NCBI GenBank assembly: GCA_024275415.1
Contig: JAJRZD010000112.1
Location: 7,014 to 39,013 of the forward strand
Source: an archaeon
Lineage (GTDB): Archaea; Asgardarchaeota; Thorarchaeia; Thorarchaeales; Thorarchaeaceae
Reading direction: 5' to 3'
DNA length: 32,000 bases
In this document: positions 27,564 through 32,000 of the stretch, piece by piece
Numbering within the stretch: position 1 is the stretch's first letter
How the letters are laid out: each line of letters starts with the position of its first letter
Translations under genes and position numbers: made by a program
The notes under the pieces: model-generated
What the model saw: the letters and a program-made list of their open reading frames with translations, nothing else
What the model was told of the DNA's origin: nothing
The model's database searches: none

Positions 27564-27958
27564 CCAGATACCCCTCCAGAAGTTCGATGAAGCGTGTGAA
27601 AGTGACCTTGACATTCTGAATTGATCTTAACACAATGGAGGCATCAATTCCATTGTACCGATGCACCAGAATGTTCCTAAGACCGTTGCATCGTGACAGG
27701 GAATTCGAGAGCTCTGCGTCTATGAATTTACGACTAAACAAGCTCTGGATATTCTCATAGTCACCCTTCGGCATGATGCCCGAATCCTTGCAGAGCATGG
27801 CAATTATGTCCATTGTTGAATCAACGGCGGAGCTGATATCATAATATATTCCTTTCAATGCAATACCTGACGGTTCTGGGAGTGCATCATCAATCTCTCG
27901 GAAACATTCGATAATAGGATATCTTCGACTTGTACCTCATGATTCTGCTTTCGTCCAA
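27553..27958 (-). pseudogene. hepT: HEPN (DUF86/HepT-like) RNase toxin, frameshifted near 27913
   Basis: RNILVHRY (RX4HXY). The upstream TTG 27958 frame reads MDESRIMRYKSKISY, and one extra base separates it from the frame IECFREIDDALPEPSGIALKGIYY. The joined length would be about 134 aa. Confidence 0.75.
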
Positions 27959-28054
27959 TGGCTTCACTGTTTAGACATCCATCTTCATAAGTTCATTCAA
28001 TGTTTTCTTATTATCTTTGGTTATTACAAATCCATGGGATTCATTCAAATCAAT

Positions 28055-29455
28055 CTAAGAACTGATGCTTTTAGTTCCCTCTACATTACTTAGTACACGC
28101 CCGAGCCTGATTAATGCATCATCTATCACATCGTCAGTGTCTGCAAGGCTTGTGTACATACGCGAGCCAGCCAAGGTCACAATGCCTTCTGCCATGTAAG
28201 CTGCCCCAATCTCTTCCATGAAACGGTGCCTTGCTTTGATTTCCCTGAGAACTGATTTGATCTTCAACAGACTGACCTTCACGAACATGGTGCCTGATGT
28301 TTCTAGGTGACAGATTGCTCCCTGATTGTATGCGACGAAAGGAAGTTTCAAATCCTCTATGACCTCCTCCAGACCCCGAGTCAATCTATCGCCCGCTCTG
28401 CCAGCTTTCACACAGGCATCAGTACGCTCAATCTCCTTGATAGCGTAGTAACCTGCTGCCGAACTTAGCGGGCTCGCAGCTAGTGTCCCTCCAACATAGG
28501 CTCTCTTCTTCGCACCAGCCACACCTGCTGCTAGAAGCTCCATGAGGTCACGACGACCTCCAAGACCACCAGCACCAGGATATCCCCCAGCAACTATCTT
28601 TCCGAACGTTGTCAGGTCGGGAGTCACGCCGAAATAACCCTGCGCTCCAGAGAGACCTATCCTACCAAAAGTCACGACCTCATCAAATATCAGAAGAACA
28701 TCGTACTCGTCGCATATCTCACGGACTTCTTTGTTGTATTCCTTATCGACCGGGCGCGTTCCGGATTCGGGGCCCATGGGCTCGATAATGACAGCAGCAG
28801 TCCCACCAAGCAGGCGATTTCGGGAAATCTTCTTTCGCAAAGCCTCTGTGTCGTTCGGGTAGACCTCGTGAGTGTGCTTCCTACAGGTGCCGGGAATGCC
28901 ATGAGCCTCAAAACTTCCTGTCCCAGGGATGTGGAGCCCATACACCATCTGGTCGCTCCACCCATGGTATGCTCCGCCAATCTTGATGACCTTCTTCTTG
29001 CCTGTTGCAAGGCGTGCCACTCGAATCGCAGCCATTACCGACTCGGTGCCGCTCCCAAGCATCCTGAACATCTCCACACTTGGAATGTGTTTGCATATCT
29101 CTTTGGCGAGCTTGAGTTCGTACTCAGAGGATAGACCAGTCACAGGGCCACTATACTCGATTAATTCGAGAACTTTTTGTCGAAGCGGAGAGTAGTTGTT
29201 GCCAAGAATAGTGGCACCGCCGGCTTGCAGGAAGTCTATGTAGCGGTTCCCGTCTATATCCCAAAGATACGCCCCATCGGCCCTGTCAATCACTATGGGA
29301 AAGGGATAGTTGAAGGCCAGATTGTGTTGCACGCCTCCGGGGATGAATCTACATGTTTCTGCGGTCATACCCTTTGACCCAGCACACCGATTATTGAAAT
29401 AGTCAAGATATTCGCTCATTGCCTTCGGCCGTACCGAATACACTGGTTGATCCAT
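28055..29455 (-). CDS. Class III PLP aminotransferase, glutamate-1-semialdehyde aminomutase-like
   Basis: IPGGVQHN, DGNRYIDF, SGTESVMAAIR, GAYHG, LIFDEV, TTFGKI (PLP Lys), GGTLAASP. ATG 29455 preferred because the track start at 29521 lies inside a terminator-like hairpin. Confidence 0.85.
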   Translation of the reverse strand: MDQPVYSVRPKAMSEYLDYFNNRCAGSKGMTAETCRFIPGGVQHNLAFNYPFPIVIDRADGAYLWDIDGNRYIDFLQAGGATILGNNYSPLRQKVLELIEYSGPVTGLSSEYELKLAKEICKHIPSVEMFRMLGSGTESVMAAIRVARLATGKKKVIKIGGAYHGWSDQMVYGLHIPGTGSFEAHGIPGTCRKHTHEVYPNDTEALRKKISRNRLLGGTAAVIIEPMGPESGTRPVDKEYNKEVREICDEYDVLLIFDEVVTFGRIGLSGAQGYFGVTPDLTTFGKIVAGGYPGAGGLGGRRDLMELLAAGVAGAKKRAYVGGTLAASPLSSAAGYYAIKEIERTDACVKAGRAGDRLTRGLEEVIEDLKLPFVAYNQGAICHLETSGTMFVKVSLLKIKSVLREIKARHRFMEEIGAAYMAEGIVTLAGSRMYTSLADTDDVIDDALIRLGRVLSNVEGTKSISS

Positions 29456-29510
29456 GAGATGTGAAAGTCGTCTGTAAATAGCAGATGTGTCAAGATAGGT
29501 CGATATGCTG

Positions 29511-29557
29511 AAAAAAGACATGGGAGCTCTCCAATATCCATTGGAGAGCTTTACCCA
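29511..29557 (-). terminator. Hairpin plus U-run downstream of the surface-protein gene
   Basis: 11-bp perfect stem AGCTCTCCAAT / ATTGGAGAGCT (29525-29550) with a 4-nt loop, followed on the minus strand by TTTTTT (29511-29516). Confidence 0.6.
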
Positions 29558-29623
29558 ATGAAAACCTTGCGGCTTTCTTTTTTGCGACTACATTCTATAT
29601 TTGATAAGCGCACCAGGAATCCT

Positions 29624-31948
29624 TTATTCTCTCCGCATGAACTTGAAGATCACTAGGATGACCAAAGTGGCTCCAAACCAGCTAAGGATTACCGTTAGCA
29701 CACCCTGCCATGGCACATTTTGCAGGATGTCAGTTGTAGTAGTTGACGTTGTCGTAGTGGTATCAGTTCCGGTAGTCGTAGTGGTCGTGGTGGTTGTTGT
29801 CGTCGTTGTGGTTGTCGTAGTAGTAGTTGTCGTAGTGGTGGATGCAGGCACAACTGTGACTAACACACTGTCCACTGCACTATTCTCGCCAACATCAAAA
29901 ACCACTAGTGTGAAGTTGTAGGTTCCAACCAGCAGGAAGTCAACTGAAAGCGAAACTGATTCACCATCCCAGCCTCCGGACTGAATCACAGTTCCATTCC
30001 GTAGAATCGTGAAATTCTTTGGATGTGCATCAGAAGCATTCCATTGAATGCGATTACCAGATGTGTTCTGCTCGTATTCCAAGTCAACAGGACCCTCAAT
30101 GACAGGAGGTGTCCCATCCACTACAGACACGAATACAGTATCGGTAGCTGAATTGGAACCCACATCTATGACCTTCAATGTGCAATTGTAGTTGCCAAAT
30201 GCCAACGTATCCACATTCAGAGTGACCTGTTCAGATGTCGAGTTCCATATGCCTGACCGAACAATTGTGCCATTGATATAGATCTCATATGATACCGGAT
30301 GTAAGTCTGATGGTGACCATGTAATCACATTCCCACTTGACCCTTCATCAAAGATGATATCAACAGGACTGTCAATTGTCGGATTGGTGCCATCATATAC
30401 TGTAACCCAGACCATATCGACTGCATAGTTTGAATCTGTATCGACTACACGTAAGGTGAAATTGTAAGTGCCCAATGTCAGGCCTTCGAGGTTCGCTACA
30501 ATGTCTACAGGACTTGTATCCCAAGGACCTGTTTCTATCAAGGTTCCATTCCTATAGATCGTGTAGTTTGAGGGGTTCTTATCGAGGACACGCCATGTCA
30601 CATTGACATTGACGCTATTCTCAGCAATTGTTGAATCTTCTGGCCCGTAAATGAATGGAATGATCGCACTTGCAACATTCACTATGACCACATCGGCAAC
30701 GGTATTACCACCGATATCAGTAGCTACCATTGTGAAATTATGTGCTCCTACAGCTAGTCCGTCAACATTGATTGTGATGGATTCACCTGTGGAATTCCAC
30801 GGACCCGATCGAATCTGTGAGCCGTTTTGCAGGACTGAATAGCTAACTGGGTGACTATCAGAAGGTATCCAAGTAATCGAGTATCCTGTTTCTCCTTCGA
30901 TGTAAAGGATGTCATCTGGACTGTTCGTATATGGTGCTGTACCATCAACGATTGTGATAATAACCTCATCAATAGCGATATTTCCAGAGGTGTCGTTAAC
31001 CTTGAGTGTGTAGTTGTAGACTCCTAACGTCAAACTGCTCAAGGAAACCGTGATATCACTGCCATCCCAGACATTGCTGTCCACATTCGTGCCATTCTGA
31101 AAGACAGTATAGTAATCAGGGTGTAATTCGGAAATGGACCAGATAAGCCACTCCGAGGCTCCTTCCGACACATCGCGGTCTGGTTCAGGGGTGATAGCTG
31201 GCGCTGTATCATCAACGACAGTTATCTGCACTTCATCGAAAGCTGAGTTTCCGGCAACGTCATAGACAACGCATTTGATGACATGCACCCCAATGCTCAG
31301 AGAACTCAGGGATGCTGTGATAGCGGAACCATCCCACGTGCCACTAAGCCAACTGACTCCATTGTCAAATATCTCATAGGATTTAGGATTTGCATCTGAG
31401 GGATTCCATGTGACTGAGGCACTGGGATCGCCCTCAGATATGGTCTGATCAGCTGGACTGTCAATCGTGGGAGGGTCTGGGTCATAGACAGATACGGTAA
31501 CTGTCACATCCGAGCTATTTCCAAGAGCCCCTTTGGCCGCTGTCCAAGCCCGAATGGTAAAGGTTCCAGTGGCTGTTGGTGTGAATGTCACTTGAACAGT
31601 AATTTGATTCAACGTGTTATCCAAGTCATCTGCACTATTATCCTGAACCTCAACCTCTGTGAAGGTGAATTGCGCATTGTCAGCCCAACTTGATACGATT
31701 TTTATATAGAATGCTTGGTCGCTGCCTGAATAACCACCTGCGTCGTATACTAAGGTGAACGGCACGCTATTGACCGCACTGACCGTTCCTGTGGCATTTG
31801 ATGCAAGTGTCAAAACACCTGAATTGGTATGACAGCCACCACACTCAGAGGTATAACTAGGATATGCAAGCACATTAACCCATGCCAGAGTAACGATTAG
31901 CGCGATCAGTATTGTGGGGATAATCGCTTTTCTAACTCGACGATTCAT
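29624..31948 (-). CDS. Membrane-anchored surface glycoprotein: signal peptide, CxxCH head, 6 Ig-like repeats, Thr linker, C-terminal TM
   Basis: MNRRVRK plus a hydrophobic h-region and VLA/YP. CGGCH at 31829-31843. Many NxS/T sequons. C-terminal hydrophobic helix followed by KFMRRE. AGGAGTGA SD upstream. Confidence 0.9.
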   Translation of the reverse strand: MNRRVRKAIIPTILIALIVTLAWVNVLAYPSYTSECGGCHTNSGVLTLASNATGTVSAVNSVPFTLVYDAGGYSGSDQAFYIKIVSSWADNAQFTFTEVEVQDNSADDLDNTLNQITVQVTFTPTATGTFTIRAWTAAKGALGNSSDVTVTVSVYDPDPPTIDSPADQTISEGDPSASVTWNPSDANPKSYEIFDNGVSWLSGTWDGSAITASLSSLSIGVHVIKCVVYDVAGNSAFDEVQITVVDDTAPAITPEPDRDVSEGASEWLIWSISELHPDYYTVFQNGTNVDSNVWDGSDITVSLSSLTLGVYNYTLKVNDTSGNIAIDEVIITIVDGTAPYTNSPDDILYIEGETGYSITWIPSDSHPVSYSVLQNGSQIRSGPWNSTGESITINVDGLAVGAHNFTMVATDIGGNTVADVVIVNVASAIIPFIYGPEDSTIAENSVNVNVTWRVLDKNPSNYTIYRNGTLIETGPWDTSPVDIVANLEGLTLGTYNFTLRVVDTDSNYAVDMVWVTVYDGTNPTIDSPVDIIFDEGSSGNVITWSPSDLHPVSYEIYINGTIVRSGIWNSTSEQVTLNVDTLAFGNYNCTLKVIDVGSNSATDTVFVSVVDGTPPVIEGPVDLEYEQNTSGNRIQWNASDAHPKNFTILRNGTVIQSGGWDGESVSLSVDFLLVGTYNFTLVVFDVGENSAVDSVLVTVVPASTTTTTTTTTTTTTTTTTTTTTTTGTDTTTTTSTTTTDILQNVPWQGVLTVILSWFGATLVILVIFKFMRRE
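29732..29839 (-). repeat. Thr-rich linker (33 of 36 residues Thr, 23 consecutive)
   Basis: ACN codon run, with synonymous codons mixed rather than a pure microsatellite. Confidence 0.95.
29849..31483 (-). repeat. Six tandem ~90-aa Ig-like beta-sandwich repeats
   Basis: Approximate consensus DxTxPxIxxPxD...EG...IxW...DxxPxxYxIxxNG...GxW...LxxGxYNxTLxVxDxxxNxAxDxVxVxV, repeated six times. Confidence 0.9.
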
Positions 31949-32000
31949 TGAAATTTCACTCCTCTCTCAATATCTATTTCTCACTTCGCCAGATCACGAC

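Noticed and set aside
28055-29455. Calling this gene hemL and linking it to heme supply for the adjacent CxxCH protein
   Set aside because: The N-terminal signature reads GGVQHNLAF rather than the GGVNSPVRAF of bona fide HemL, and a terminator separates the genes. Only the family-level call is supported.
29732-29839. Thr tract as a contingency microsatellite or CRISPR-like repeat
   Set aside because: Mixed synonymous ACN codons indicate protein-level selection, and there is no repeat-spacer structure.
29601-29921. Plus-strand poly-Val ORF
   Set aside because: Antisense shadow of the poly-Thr linker.
176-30972. Numerous other short ORFs in the track overlapping the called genes
   Set aside because: They are antisense or alternative-frame shadows of well-supported CDSs with no recognisable motifs.

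Overview
Archaeal chromosomal window, most likely from an Asgard archaeon (Thorarchaeia-like). The taxonomy is an inference from a Rab-like small GTPase, archaeal-type PAS kinases, KaiC/GvpD-like ATPases and an Ig-repeat surface protein. Four blocks are present. (1) 1-10847, redox and carbon metabolism: a minus-strand hdr operon (HdrA fused to a GltD/NfnB-like module, hdrC, hdrB, and a second shorter hdrA that runs off the left edge and is therefore absent from the ORF track), then GTP-dependent PEP carboxykinase divergent from an aldehyde:ferredoxin oxidoreductase. (2) 11024-26914, a ~16 kb all-cytoplasmic signalling island: two stand-alone receivers, a GbsR/MarR regulator, three multi-PAS histidine kinases (one split by a 1-nt frameshift), four KaiC/GvpD/RAD55-type ATPases in two divergent units, a Rab-like GTPase, and a HisKA-REC protein lacking the catalytic ATPase domain. 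(3) 27174-27958, a HEPN-MNT toxin-antitoxin pair with a frameshift in the 5' part of the toxin. (4) 28055-31948, a class III aminotransferase and a membrane-anchored surface protein with an N-terminal CxxCH motif, six Ig-like repeats and a poly-Thr linker. The best candidates for undescribed systems are the KaiC-Rab-phosphorelay cluster, the pair of mutually complementary HdrA paralogues, and the putative heme c head on an Ig stalk. No rRNA, tRNA, CRISPR array or transposase was recognised.
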